Assembly: GCA_022736275.1 (NCBI GenBank)
Contig: DZBJ01000005.1
Span: 456 to 64,455, forward strand
Length of the DNA stretch: 64,000 bases
Source of the DNA: Rikenella microfusus
Lineage (GTDB): Bacteria; Bacteroidota; Bacteroidia; Bacteroidales; VadinHA17
Direction of reading: 5' to 3'
Of the stretch, positions 1 through 10,034 are shown in pieces. The translations under genes and the position numbers were made by a program. Below the pieces are notes generated by a model. It searched no databases and had not been told where the DNA came from. It was given only the letters and a program-made list of their open reading frames with translations. Position 1 is the stretch's first letter, and each line of letters starts with the position of its first letter.

Positions 1-390
1 AGATCCATTGTCATTTCTTACAAATACTCCTTTCAGTCCGTACAACAGATGAAGGCGTCCAAGCAGCTTAATAACATCAATTTTCCTGATGCTGCTCTGA
101 TATATGTGCCCTACAATACGGCGGGTATAAACGTCCATGACTGAAAGGAGGTAGTAATTTCTCTTCTCTCCTCTGACCCATACATACTTTATATCCAGGC
201 ACAGATACTCCATCGGACGACTGGCTGTTATCTTTCGGAACTTCACAAAATCCCTTTTGCCATGGGTGCTTATTACTTTGCCCAGCAGAAGCTTACTCTC
301 ATCCATTAAACGGTACACCTTCTTGTGATTGATGATATAGTGAGCGATTAAGAGAAATTTCTCGGCAGTGTTGAAGTTCTTTTCAGCCAT
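1..390 (-). mobile_element. IS3-family transposase OrfB (rve/DDE integrase core); partial because it runs off the window, and probably a 5'-truncated relic
   Basis: My own minus-strand translation from the ATG at 390 gives MAEKNFNTAEKFLLIAHYIINHKKVYRLMDESKLL...MEYLCLDIKYVWV...YLLSVMDVYTRRIVGH...VFVRNDNGS. This matches the HTH_21 + rve layout of IS3 OrfB. The frame is closed by TAG at 442-444 and no OrfA-like ORF lies upstream. Confidence 0.6.
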
Positions 391-609
391 TTTCTTAAAT
401 TTTTTGAACAAAAGCTCTGTGGCGGGCACCAGTGCAAAGAGCTATATGTCTGCGGATTTGTTTTTCACTTCTTTGAGATACGGTTGCCGGGGTTATTAAT
501 TCCGGTTAAGATTGCTTAGTCAAGGGTGCCAGATATACAGGCCAGGGTACATGAGAGATAAAGAGTCAGGCGGCTTTTACAGGGGTCCGGATTTCAGATT
601 CTTACGGGG

Positions 610-969
610 CTACTTGTTTAACGCAGATAATGCCTCATCCATGGTGGGGAGGAAGCTGACCGTTCTGCCACGGTTGCTTTCACGGATAAAATCACGCCAG
701 CTTCTGCTTTTAAGATGAGAAAAGTCACCCACTATTGCCAGCTGCATCCTGTAGTTTGAGAATTTCTGCAGGACCTCACCGGCCAGACCTGTCCGGAGAT
801 CAAAGAAATCAGTACTGAGATCCCCGGAATGAACAATCAGCTTCGCACAACCCTGATAACCGACATCGCCCATAATGTCAAGGATATCTCCGGGTGAAGA
901 GATCTTTGCAGAACCCAACACCAGCTCGGCGACGGCATCAGGAGGATCAGTTTTATGATATTTGATCAT
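610..969 (-). CDS. DUF4180 domain protein
   Basis: 119-aa ORF. The block FFDLRTGLAGEVLQKFSNYRMQLAIVGDFS...SWRDFIRESNRG is typical of DUF4180 proteins. Confidence 0.7.
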   Translation of the reverse strand: MIKYHKTDPPDAVAELVLGSAKISSPGDILDIMGDVGYQGCAKLIVHSGDLSTDFFDLRTGLAGEVLQKFSNYRMQLAIVGDFSHLKSRSWRDFIRESNRGRTVSFLPTMDEALSALNK

Positions 970-978
970 TGCTGTTTC

Positions 979-3348
979 CTACCCGCCAATTACACTGCTC
1001 TTGCTGTCACTCTCAACTTCAACTTTGCGGTTGAGCTTCCTGACGTTCTTCCCTTTATTGAACCTGTAGGAGTACTGGAACTGTACAAATCCTGCAATAT
1101 CAATTCCGGTGAGATCAGTAGCCGTGTAATCCGGCGTTTCGGTCTCAGTCCGGGTGAAAGTCACCGTTTTTGAGAACGGGAGCAGCCAGAACATCCCGAA
1201 GTTATGGTCCTTCACCTTTTGCGAGGCTCCAATGCCGTATATGGGCATATTGTAGGTTGTCGACTGAGCAGTGATATTCACTCCGTTGTAACTCATGAAT
1301 ACAAAGACAGTTGAATTCTTTTTCTTGTCGAGGTTTGCAAAAGCATAACTGGTGATGGCAAAAGAAAAATAATCCTTTTCAGGGATGGCAAAGGCAGGCT
1401 CACTGTACTCCGCATAATGACCCTTGTAAACCCTCGCATTGATATTTACATACCAGAACATGGCATTGATGCCTCCCCCGGTTTCATAACCGTTAATCAG
1501 GTTGAAGGGCTTTGAAATGGTAGTCTGAGAACTGCTGTTGGGCAATTCAATTACACTGTACCTGTTACTGATCTTATCAGAAAAAAACTCATTGTAAACG
1601 TAGGGTGAGAAGTAATTGCTGCCAAAGTTCCAGGTGTAGGTAAGCTGAAGCCGGTCACGGTAATCGGGCCTGAGATCCGGATTCCCCTGTGTAACTGCAT
1701 AGTTCTGTCCTACCTTATAGTAGGGATTCATATTATATATTCCAGGCCGGTTAATCCTTCTGTTGTAGGTGAATTTAAGATTATGCGATGCAGAAAACTT
1801 ATACTGAATATTGGCTGAGGGCAGGAAACATGAGTAATCAGGGTTGTTGACCGAGTCTGCCATGATGTGGCTGTTTTCAACCCTCAGCATGGTCTGAAAA
1901 CCGAGCTTCTTCATGTTGAAGGTAACCCCGCCATACAGCGAGTTCCTGATCTCTGCATACTCATACAGATTGTTCTCTTCCTGGTTGTCAATGGTGAAAT
2001 CATAACTCAGACCCTGGGAGTAAAATTGATGCCCGGCTTCAATCCTCGTATTCATCCCGACAGGATATACAAAATCGATTTTTGTGGAGAGATACTTTCT
2101 CTGATTCAGGTCATCTTCCATTCGCGCATAGGTGTTGATGACTTCATCACTGTCAATGGGATACCTGCTGTTGGTGAAATCATTCTCCTCGGCGGAGTTG
2201 AACAGGTAATAACTGACTTCAGCGGTGAGTTCTTCGACAGGCTTTTTGAAAGTCCTTTTATAAAAGAGGGAAAATGATGCTTCATCACTTTTCAGATTGT
2301 TGTTTGTCAGCGATGCTACCGTATTAACCGGATTGCCGGATTTGTACAGTGTGGTTTCCCCTGTAATATCTACCACCTGACTTATTGGTTTGTAACTGAC
2401 GTTGAAACTCAGGTTGTTTTTATCGTTGATATAATAATCAAATCCGCTGTTCACAGAGGGCATTGCAACCTTAATCGTTCCGGGTCCGTAAAAACTGGTG
2501 GTTGAATCGATGGAGGTGAAACTGCTTTCATTCGTCGAGCTTATGTTGAGACCCTGGGTAATTGAGAGAGCAGTGACGTAAAATGTTATCTTCCCAAGTG
2601 AATAGTCTATACTCCCCGAAGCCACACTGGTTATCTTATGGAACGGCTTCAGGCTGAGAGCCACATTGCCGCTCATTCCGTACCTTGCCTCTTTCTTCAG
2701 GATGATGCTTATAACCCCGTCTATGTTACCTTCATATTTGCCTGAAGGATTGCTGATGATCTCAATGCTCTGAATATCAGATGGCAGAATACGGGCAAGA
2801 AACTCACTGTCACGCTGCCTTCCATCTACCTGGATAATGAAGTTGCTGCTACCGTTAAGCGTGATATTATTCTGGAAATCGACATTGACCTGCGGTATTT
2901 TCTTCAGGATGTCATACCCGTTGCTTGAAGATTTGGATACAACCTCTGGAATGGAGTAGACAGTCCTGTCTACCATCTCCTTGCCCTTCAGACGTTCACC
3001 GATTACCATCACTTCACCCATCAGGGCGGTTGTCTCGGTCAGAAATATTGTATCCAATTCAACATCACCTTTTTCTTCACTGACGGTAACGGGCCTGCCA
3101 TCAGGTGTATAGCCCACATAACTAACTCTCACAAAGTAATTTCCGGGTTTGACATTTTCAATCAGGTAGCCGCCGTCAGTCAGGGTTATGACCCCTGTCT
3201 GGAGAGCTGAATCGGGAAGCGCCAGCAACGCTACGGTTGCAAACTGAACGGGTGTGTTGTCGGCTTCGAAGCAGACTTTCCCCCTTATATTCTGAGCCTG
3301 TGCTGCCATTGAAACTGCCAGCACCAGCACTGTGATTATGCTTTTCAT
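979..3348 (-). CDS. Outer-membrane beta-barrel protein, TonB-dependent-receptor-like, with an N-terminal carboxypeptidase-regulatory-like domain
   Basis: 789 aa. It has a signal peptide (MKSIITVLVLAVSMAAQAQ), a CarbopepD_reg-like segment (GNYFVRVSYVGYTP), a plug-like segment (NGYDILKKIPQVNVD) and a long region of alternating beta-strand pattern. Confidence 0.75.
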   Translation of the reverse strand: MKSIITVLVLAVSMAAQAQNIRGKVCFEADNTPVQFATVALLALPDSALQTGVITLTDGGYLIENVKPGNYFVRVSYVGYTPDGRPVTVSEEKGDVELDTIFLTETTALMGEVMVIGERLKGKEMVDRTVYSIPEVVSKSSSNGYDILKKIPQVNVDFQNNITLNGSSNFIIQVDGRQRDSEFLARILPSDIQSIEIISNPSGKYEGNIDGVISIILKKEARYGMSGNVALSLKPFHKITSVASGSIDYSLGKITFYVTALSITQGLNISSTNESSFTSIDSTTSFYGPGTIKVAMPSVNSGFDYYINDKNNLSFNVSYKPISQVVDITGETTLYKSGNPVNTVASLTNNNLKSDEASFSLFYKRTFKKPVEELTAEVSYYLFNSAEENDFTNSRYPIDSDEVINTYARMEDDLNQRKYLSTKIDFVYPVGMNTRIEAGHQFYSQGLSYDFTIDNQEENNLYEYAEIRNSLYGGVTFNMKKLGFQTMLRVENSHIMADSVNNPDYSCFLPSANIQYKFSASHNLKFTYNRRINRPGIYNMNPYYKVGQNYAVTQGNPDLRPDYRDRLQLTYTWNFGSNYFSPYVYNEFFSDKISNRYSVIELPNSSSQTTISKPFNLINGYETGGGINAMFWYVNINARVYKGHYAEYSEPAFAIPEKDYFSFAITSYAFANLDKKKNSTVFVFMSYNGVNITAQSTTYNMPIYGIGASQKVKDHNFGMFWLLPFSKTVTFTRTETETPDYTATDLTGIDIAGFVQFQYSYRFNKGKNVRKLNRKVEVESDSKSSVIGG

Positions 3349-3364
3349 GGAATTTTAATTCAGT

Positions 3365-4312
3365 CTACTTCAGTGCCCTGACCTTTGATTCTCCGTTAAT
3401 ATCCAGGGGTATCTGCATGCTGAATCCCGGCGCACTCACATCAAGGTTTCCTGAGATGCGAGTTTTTACATTATCTTCCGATACAAGACCGGTACTGATA
3501 TCAATGACCATATTTGATTTGCCCATCCCTTTCAGATTACCGTAGGTTACGGTGGCACCTCCCGACTGGATCGGAGCAGCATGGTCCGATGCCTTGAACT
3601 GGGACTCTGCTGTAACCTTTGCAAAATTTCCCTCTATGGCATCCAGCCGATAGGTGGTTAATATATTAAGGCTCATCCCGCCGGCATACATCTCCTGCGT
3701 CACATCCCACTTCTCGCCCACAGAAATCTGCCTGCCGGGAAGGCACCATGTGAACATCCCGATTATCGTTTTCAGGCTCTCATCGCTTACCGTGCCTGCT
3801 ATCTGTGTCTTTAATGCAGAGGCCACCGGCCCGGTCAGGGTAATCAGACCGGTATCCTTCAGAACCATGTCTGACACCATCTTTGCATTGATGATTTCAA
3901 GAGGTCTGCCTGTAAAATCCATTTTGACAAACAGGGCTGACTTGCTCAGCTTGTTCATTATATATGACATTATATCATCTGTTTCTGATGATTTAATGTC
4001 ACCCTCCGCAGTTGAACTGATATTTGCCGTTTTACCCATTGTATTGGTATTTGTAACAAGGGTGTCAAAGCGAATCTCAGCGACCAGAAGGTCCGGAGTA
4101 ATATCAACCATTTTCAGAGACATCGTGTACTCAACCTTTGACTCCACGTTCTGAAGATTGCCGTTGACGGTCTGAGAAACCGTCTGCTCAGAAACAGACT
4201 TCAAACGGTACACTTTGTTCTTCTCGGGGTTCAGCTTCAGGGTGGCACTGTTTTGTGCCATTACCGTAACTCCTGTCAGGATTACGGCTGTTAACAACAG
4301 AATTCTTTTCAT
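3365..4312 (-). CDS. Secreted protein of unknown function (DUF6263-like)
   Basis: 315 aa with a signal peptide (MKRILLLTAVILTGVTVMAQ). The overall pattern resembles Bacteroidota DUF6263 proteins as I remember them. It lies directly upstream of the receptor gene, so they are probably co-transcribed. Confidence 0.45.
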   Translation of the reverse strand: MKRILLLTAVILTGVTVMAQNSATLKLNPEKNKVYRLKSVSEQTVSQTVNGNLQNVESKVEYTMSLKMVDITPDLLVAEIRFDTLVTNTNTMGKTANISSTAEGDIKSSETDDIMSYIMNKLSKSALFVKMDFTGRPLEIINAKMVSDMVLKDTGLITLTGPVASALKTQIAGTVSDESLKTIIGMFTWCLPGRQISVGEKWDVTQEMYAGGMSLNILTTYRLDAIEGNFAKVTAESQFKASDHAAPIQSGGATVTYGNLKGMGKSNMVIDISTGLVSEDNVKTRISGNLDVSAPGFSMQIPLDINGESKVRALK

Positions 4313-4362
4313 TGGCTTTTTGTTGAAATTTTAAGCAATTCTACCGATTTTTGGTCCTCACT

Positions 4363-4370
4363 CAAAGATA
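4363..4370 (-). promoter_or_regulatory. Candidate Bacteroidota -7 promoter box (TAnnTTTG) for the 3365-4312 gene
   Basis: The minus strand reads TATCTTTG, about 50 nt upstream of the ATG at 4312. Confidence 0.4.
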
Positions 4371-4611
4371 TAGTCGGTGAACAGAGATAATTTACCGGTA
4401 AAGTGTGTTTTGATGGAAGTGTATTGAAGCCTGAAGGTCTGAGGTCAGAAGGGGCGAAATAGTCTGCAACACAAATTACATGTGCCTTGTTTTCAATTAC
4501 TATCTGCCTGAACACTTCTTCCTTTCTGTCCATAAGAGTTTATGGTCTTTGCTTTCTTAGTACATAAACTGCCGGCTATGTTACAAAAATCAGGAAAGGA
4601 TTTAAAGAAGG

Positions 4612-4688
4612 CCGGTGACCGGAAACCAGTGACCGGTTAACGCAGAACGGAAACAAGAGTAGGAAGAATTGAACCCGGAGACCGGTGG
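4612..4688. repeat. Phase-locked degenerate heptanucleotide array (CCGGNNA type), 11 units
   Basis: Units: ccggtga ccggaaa ccagtga ccggtta acgcaga acggaaa caagagt aggaaga attgaac ccggaga ccggtgg. CCGG recurs in the same 7-nt phase. Confidence 0.7.
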
Positions 4689-4863
4689 TTGATCTGAAGA
4701 CAACCTAAACCTCCGGTTGGTCAGTCACATCGAAAAGGCCGTGCACTGTTGGTTTATAACGACTTTCACGGACTGACAGAAGATGAAACAAATGCAAACA
4801 TGAAAAATTATTAAAAATCAGGGATTAATGCAAGGAAAAGCACCCTAAAATGTTCCGGAGCAT

Positions 4864-4891
4864 AAAAAACCGCCGAAGGTCACTTCGGCGG
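4864..4891 (-). terminator. Rho-independent terminator of the rnf operon
   Basis: The minus strand has a 9-bp stem ccgccgaag, a 4-nt loop and cttcggcgg, followed by a TTTTTT run. It lies 65 nt downstream of the rnfA stop. Confidence 0.8.
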
Positions 4892-4955
4892 TATGCGGCC
4901 CTGAGCCACCGTTGCGGTATTGCAGCGGCTTTGATTTCATAATGTTCAGACTGGA

Positions 4956-5528
4956 TTAAACAAGCCCGGCGAACCCCATGAAGGCGAGGGCCAGAATGCC
5001 CGCTGTAACAAGAGATATCGGCACTCCCTTCATCCCGGAAGGAACATTGGCGAGATCTAGCTGCTCACGTATCCCAGCGAGAATAACCAGGGCCAGACCA
5101 AAACCAATTGCAGTGGCGGCCCCGTAAACGATACCCTCGGCAAGATTGTAATTCTTCTTGATGACAAGAATCGCCACACCCAAGACCGCGCAGTTCGTCG
5201 TAATCAGAGGAAGGAAAATGCCCAGCGACTGGTACAGGGGCTGGCTGATCTTCTTCAGAATGATCTCAACCATCTGCACAAGCGCAGCAATAACAAGTAT
5301 GAACGTTATTGTCTGCATGAAGGCAATACCCATTGGTATCAGTACATAAACGTGTATGAGGTAGGTTACCATGGTGGCCAGCACCATGACAAAAGTTACC
5401 GCCCCCGACATGCCGATCGCGGTATTCACCTTGTTGGACACCCCGAGGAAGGGGCAGACACCCAGAAACTGGGCTAAAACCACGTTGTTGACAAATATTG
5501 CGCTGATTATAAGCAGAATATATTCCAT
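4956..5528 (-). CDS. rnfA: Rnf electron transport complex subunit A
   Basis: 190 aa, polytopic. The N-terminus [21 protein letters not shown] matches RnfA/RsxA. Confidence 0.92.
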   Translation of the reverse strand: MEYILLIISAIFVNNVVLAQFLGVCPFLGVSNKVNTAIGMSGAVTFVMVLATMVTYLIHVYVLIPMGIAFMQTITFILVIAALVQMVEIILKKISQPLYQSLGIFLPLITTNCAVLGVAILVIKKNYNLAEGIVYGAATAIGFGLALVILAGIREQLDLANVPSGMKGVPISLVTAGILALAFMGFAGLV

Positions 5529-5540
5529 TATCTTGCCTCC

Positions 5541-6125
5541 CTATGCTTTTTTGTTTATCCGGTTCACTACTGCTATCATATAACCCAGGGCGATGAATGC
5601 TCCGGGTGCAAGGATAAAGACCAGGATCGCATCTCCTTCTATGAATTTGAAACCGAAGATTGATCCGCCGCCCAGGATCTCCCTGACAGCCCCCAGCACA
5701 CCAAGCGCCAGAGTGAAGCCAATCCCCATCCCGGCGCCGTCAACAAACGACGACCAGACTGTATTCTTGCTTGCATACGCTTCCGCACGTCCCAGTACAA
5801 TACAGTTCACCACTATAAGCGGAATGAATATCCCCAGCGTCACATACAGTGCAGGAACATATGCCTGCATGACGAGGTCAACAATTGTTACGAAGGTGGC
5901 GATAACAACAATAAAAGCAGGTATGCGCACTTTGTCGGGAATGATATTTTTCATCAGCGCAATGACCACATTGGAGCCAATCAGGACAAACGTCGTTGCC
6001 ATCCCCATGCCAAGACCGTTCACTGCAGAAGAGGTCGTGGCAAGAGTGGGGCAGGTACCAAGTACCAGCACCAGTATCGGATTCTCCTTCAGGAAACCCT
6101 TTGTAAAGTTTTGCATCTGGTTCAT
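5541..6125 (-). CDS. rnfE: Rnf electron transport complex subunit E
   Basis: 194 aa. [27 protein letters not shown] and [21 protein letters not shown] match RnfE/RsxE. Confidence 0.92.
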   Translation of the reverse strand: MNQMQNFTKGFLKENPILVLVLGTCPTLATTSSAVNGLGMGMATTFVLIGSNVVIALMKNIIPDKVRIPAFIVVIATFVTIVDLVMQAYVPALYVTLGIFIPLIVVNCIVLGRAEAYASKNTVWSSFVDGAGMGIGFTLALGVLGAVREILGGGSIFGFKFIEGDAILVFILAPGAFIALGYMIAVVNRINKKA

Positions 6126-6715
6126 ATCAGACCTCCTTTCTCTAATGTGTTGTACGCTCTCTGGACTCCCTCACAGTATGCCCTCGAGCTGATGGTGGCT
6201 GCCGTGATGGCATCAACCTGGCCACCGTCTTTCTTTACCTTAAGGGTGAACGCAGCCGGGTTCTTCCCCTTGAACTGATCCTTGAACTCGGGCTTCTCCG
6301 GGGTGCCGTCAGGAACCATCTTCGTGCCCAGCCCCGGAGTCTCCTTGTGCTCCAGGATTGTAATGTTGTAAATGTTCCCGTCAGGCGTGAAGCCTACCGC
6401 GAAGCTGATGAAACCGCTGAATCCATTGTTGGTGTACGAGCGGACAGCATACCCGACAATCTCTTCTCCGTTCTTCGCCGGATAAACATCAAGGGAATCG
6501 CCCTCGCCGGTGGGAAGCCTGAACATCTCTTCATTCGGGTCATTGGTGAACGCCGGCACCACCTGCTTGATGGCCTCAAGCTTTCTGTTCAGCATTGAAA
6601 TCTCGATGGGTGACTTGGTCAACTCATAGACGAAACCGAGAGAAGCAGAAGCTCCAACTGATATAAGCGTCAGCGAAAGAACCATATTCCTCAGTGATGA
6701 TTGCATCTTAGCCAT
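6122..6715 (-). CDS. rnfG: Rnf electron transport complex subunit G (FMN-binding)
   Basis: 197 aa with an N-terminal TM segment and an FMN_bind-type motif [12 protein letters not shown]. It overlaps rnfE by 4 nt. Confidence 0.88.
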   Translation of the reverse strand: MAKMQSSLRNMVLSLTLISVGASASLGFVYELTKSPIEISMLNRKLEAIKQVVPAFTNDPNEEMFRLPTGEGDSLDVYPAKNGEEIVGYAVRSYTNNGFSGFISFAVGFTPDGNIYNITILEHKETPGLGTKMVPDGTPEKPEFKDQFKGKNPAAFTLKVKKDGGQVDAITAATISSRAYCEGVQRAYNTLEKGGLI

Positions 6716-7709
6716 GCTTCACCTCCTTTCCGAACCTGGCCGGCTTAATATACATATTCAGCAACGGCACAAAGGCATTCATGATCAGAATTGCAAACGA
6801 GACACCTTCGGGATAGGCGCCCCATGTTCGGATCAGTACCGTAATGACCCCTATGCCGATGCCGTAAATGATCATCCCCTTCGGTGTCATGGGTGACGTG
6901 ACATAGTCTGTCGCCATGTAGATGGCCCCCAGCATGATGCCTCCGGTAAGGAGGTGGAAGAGGGGATCGGCAAATTTCGTCGGATCAGCAAACCAGAGAA
7001 TCCCTGTAAAAATTGCTACCGTCAGAAGTACCGACACGGGAATGTGCCATGTGATGATCTTCCTCCAGATCATGTAGATTCCCCCAATGATAAGTGCCAG
7101 TGCAGCTATCTCACCCATTGATCCTCCCATCTGTCCGTAGAAAAGCTGCATGTGTGAAGGGACCTTCTCCATCAGTGCCGCCACTGTCTCACCGTTCCTG
7201 ATACCCTCACTCATGGTTCCAAGGGGAGTGGCTCCCGTAACAGCATCGAGATATCCTGTCTTAAAGCCTGAAGGAACCGGCCAGCTGGTCATCTGCACGG
7301 GGAATGATATAAGCAGGAAAACCCTTCCCACCAGCGCCGGGTTGAACGGGTTGCTGCCCAGTCCGCCGAAGGTCATCTTGGCAACTCCAATGGATATTAT
7401 CGCACCAATGATTATAATGTATACCGGAAGATTCGATGGTACATTGAATGCAAGCAGTAACCCCGTGACCACCGCAGAGCCGTCTGTCACTGAGGGTTTG
7501 GTCTTCAGGATGAATTTCTGTATCAGGTACTCAACCGCGACGCATGAGAGCACCGAGGTCAGAGTCACAATAATCGCCCCCATCCCGAAAAAATAAACAG
7601 AGGCTGCCAGCGCCGGGGCAAGGGCTGTCACCACGCCGTACATCAGCTTACGCGTCGTCTCTGGACTTTGCTGATGCGGTGATGGAGAGACATTAAGGAG
7701 GTTATTCAT
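6708..7709 (-). CDS. rnfD: Rnf electron transport complex subunit D
   Basis: 333 aa, polytopic, with the flavin-attachment-type motif DAVTGATPLG. It overlaps rnfG by 8 nt. Confidence 0.9.
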   Translation of the reverse strand: MNNLLNVSPSPHQQSPETTRKLMYGVVTALAPALAASVYFFGMGAIIVTLTSVLSCVAVEYLIQKFILKTKPSVTDGSAVVTGLLLAFNVPSNLPVYIIIIGAIISIGVAKMTFGGLGSNPFNPALVGRVFLLISFPVQMTSWPVPSGFKTGYLDAVTGATPLGTMSEGIRNGETVAALMEKVPSHMQLFYGQMGGSMGEIAALALIIGGIYMIWRKIITWHIPVSVLLTVAIFTGILWFADPTKFADPLFHLLTGGIMLGAIYMATDYVTSPMTPKGMIIYGIGIGVITVLIRTWGAYPEGVSFAILIMNAFVPLLNMYIKPARFGKEVKHG

Positions 7710-7721
7710 ATCGGTTCTTTG

Positions 7722-9056
7722 CTATTTGGAAATTCGTTCGCGTGCCATGCGGATCACCGTTGATTTGCCCAGTCTGATGTAGTCAAGCAGAGGCCTCTTT
7801 GCAGGACAGGTGTAGGCACAAGCTCCGCACTCCATACAGTCGGTGATCTTCTCCTGCTCTGCCTTATCCCACATCGCCTTCTCCGAAACCACGGAAATCA
7901 GCCACGGTTCAAGACCCATGGCGCACGCCGATGAGCACTTGCCGCACCTGATGCAGGGCAGAACCTCGGCGCGCTTTGATGATTCAGCGGGGAACATGAT
8001 GATACCCGAAGTGCCCTTGGTGACAGGCACATCCGTTATGGCAAGGGCTTTGCCCATCATGGGACCTCCGTTAATCACCTTCCCCGTATCATCCGGCAAG
8101 CCCCCGGCAGCTTCAATGAGTGCAGTAACAGGTGTGCCTATGCGTACCTGGAAATTACCGGGGTTCTTCACTGATCTGCCGGTCACCGTCACAACCCTCT
8201 CCATCAGCGGCTTGTTTTTCTGCACGGCCTCATAGACCGCAAGGGCCGTGCCCACATTCTGCACCACAACACCAACATCCACCGGCAGCCCGCCCGAGGG
8301 TACCTCGCGGCCCGTGCAGGCTTTAATAAGCTGCTTCTCACCTCCCTGCGGGTACTTGACCTTGAGAGACTGAACGGTTACCCCTTTGAATCCCTTCGCC
8401 AGCTCAGTCAGATGAGCGATGGCGTCAGGCTTGTTTGCCTCAATGCCGACAACCGCACTGTCAACTCCCAGGGCTCTCATGATGATCGATGCCCCTGTCA
8501 GCACCTCTGCTCCCTTTTCAAGCATAAGCCTGTGATCAGAGGTGAGGTAGGGCTCGCACTCCACTCCGTTGATTATAAGGAGATCACACTTCTTCCCGGC
8601 AGGAACGGTCATCTTGATATGTGTCGGGAAGGTTGCGCCGCCCATGCCAACAAGCCCGCACTGCTGGCAGCGCTCGATGATCTGCTCGCGCGTCATGGTG
8701 ACATCCCTGACCAGGGTCTTACTTCTGTCAATGGTCTCAACCCATTCGTCTCCTTCGACATCAATGACTATTGCCGTCTGCTTGTACCCCGTAGTGTCAA
8801 CCACGGTGTCAATCTTGCTGACTTTACCTGAGACAGGGGAGTGTATATTGGCAGATACAAATCCTTTTGCCTGTGCGATGACCTGCCCGGCCTTCACTGC
8901 CGCTCCCTTCTCCACCATGGGTGTTGCCGGTGCGCCTATATGCTGGGAGACGGGAACCGTTACCTGTAATGGTGCCGGAAGGACAACTATCGGCTTGCCG
9001 GCCGTCAGCTTGTTCTCAGGCGGATGAATGCCGCCTTTCGGGAATGTCTTGAACAC
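7722..9056 (-). CDS. rnfC: Rnf electron transport complex subunit C
   Basis: 444 aa with two 4Fe-4S motifs (CIRCGKCSSAC, CMECGACAYTCP) at the C-terminus. Confidence 0.9.
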   Translation of the reverse strand: MFKTFPKGGIHPPENKLTAGKPIVVLPAPLQVTVPVSQHIGAPATPMVEKGAAVKAGQVIAQAKGFVSANIHSPVSGKVSKIDTVVDTTGYKQTAIVIDVEGDEWVETIDRSKTLVRDVTMTREQIIERCQQCGLVGMGGATFPTHIKMTVPAGKKCDLLIINGVECEPYLTSDHRLMLEKGAEVLTGASIIMRALGVDSAVVGIEANKPDAIAHLTELAKGFKGVTVQSLKVKYPQGGEKQLIKACTGREVPSGGLPVDVGVVVQNVGTALAVYEAVQKNKPLMERVVTVTGRSVKNPGNFQVRIGTPVTALIEAAGGLPDDTGKVINGGPMMGKALAITDVPVTKGTSGIIMFPAESSKRAEVLPCIRCGKCSSACAMGLEPWLISVVSEKAMWDKAEQEKITDCMECGACAYTCPAKRPLLDYIRLGKSTVIRMARERISK

Positions 9057-9113
9057 GTTTCTCTGATTTTATCTGGTTATTCAATTGTCAGTTGACTGTC
9101 GGATATCTCTGAT

Positions 9114-9153
9114 CGTTGCCGCTTCTGTCAGTCCGTTGCCGCTTCTGATGGTC
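9114..9153. repeat. Tandem 20-nt duplication in the rnfB-rnfC spacer
   Basis: cgttgccgcttctgtcagtc followed by cgttgccgcttctgatggtc (17/20 identical). Confidence 0.8.
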
Positions 9154-9167
9154 CGTAAACGCATCTT

Positions 9168-10031
9168 TCAGTTAGTCTCTGCTTCAGCAGGTTCGGCAGG
9201 TTTTGCCTCCTTTATCGGGAAGCCGATCTCGAGGATGGCAGCGGTGGGGCACTCAGTTACACACTTGCGGCACAGCTTGCATTTGTAAGAGTCGATGAAG
9301 GCGAGTTTATCAACCATGGTGATGGCATCATAAGGACAAACCTTAACGCATTTGCCGCAACCGATGCATGCAACCTTGCATGCTTTGCGGGCAGGCCCTC
9401 CCTTGTCCTTATTGACGCACGAAACAAATATTTTGCGATCCTTCTTATTGCGCTTACGGAGCTCGATGATATTCCGCGGACAGGCCTTCACGCAGGCGCC
9501 GCATGCCACGCACTTATCATCAAGGATCACCGGCAGTTCCGTGACGGGATCCATATACATTGCATCGAACTTGCAGGCCACAACACAGTCGCCGCAACCG
9601 AGACACCCATACTGGCATCCTGTGGTTCCCCCGTACAGGGAGTGGGCTACACGGCAGTTGACAGCACCGTCATAAAAGGAGGTACGTGCAGCGTTTGCCG
9701 GAGAACCGTTGCACCGTACCACAGCCACCTTCGGCTCCACAGCCAGTGCCTGGCGGCCAAGGATCGCGGCAGCTTTGCCCATTGTATCGGCACCGCCAAC
9801 CGGACAGTTCAGACCCTCAAAGGAGGTCGATTTCACCAGCGCCTCGGCAAAGGCGCGACAGCCGGTGTAACCGCATCCGCCGCAGTTGACTCCGGGGAGT
9901 ACTTCTGTAACAATATCGATACGCGGGTCCTCAACCACTTTGAACTTCTGCGCTACAAAATAGAGTATGACTGCCGATAGCAGTCCAAGCGCACTCAGCA
10001 TGATGATAGTCAGCAAAACAATGGAACTCAT
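9168..10031 (-). CDS. rnfB: Rnf electron transport complex subunit B (polyferredoxin)
   Basis: 287 aa with an N-terminal TM helix and several CxxCxxCxxxCP-type Fe-S motifs (CVACGACVKACP, CIGCGKCVKVCP, CKLCRKCVTECP). Confidence 0.88.
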   Translation of the reverse strand: MSSIVLLTIIMLSALGLLSAVILYFVAQKFKVVEDPRIDIVTEVLPGVNCGGCGYTGCRAFAEALVKSTSFEGLNCPVGGADTMGKAAAILGRQALAVEPKVAVVRCNGSPANAARTSFYDGAVNCRVAHSLYGGTTGCQYGCLGCGDCVVACKFDAMYMDPVTELPVILDDKCVACGACVKACPRNIIELRKRNKKDRKIFVSCVNKDKGGPARKACKVACIGCGKCVKVCPYDAITMVDKLAFIDSYKCKLCRKCVTECPTAAILEIGFPIKEAKPAEPAEAETN

Positions 10032-10034
10032 CTG

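Noticed and set aside
512-1173. Small plus-strand ORFs 512-718 and 955-1173.
   Set aside because: They overlap the DUF4180 and receptor genes on the opposite strand. One starts at TTG, and neither has motifs. I judge them non-coding.
4309-4533. A 74-aa minus-strand ORF overlapping by 4 nt the start of the secreted-protein gene.
   Set aside because: It has no recognisable domain or hydrophobic pattern, and it contains the best promoter candidate (TATCTTTG) for the downstream gene. I cannot support it as coding.
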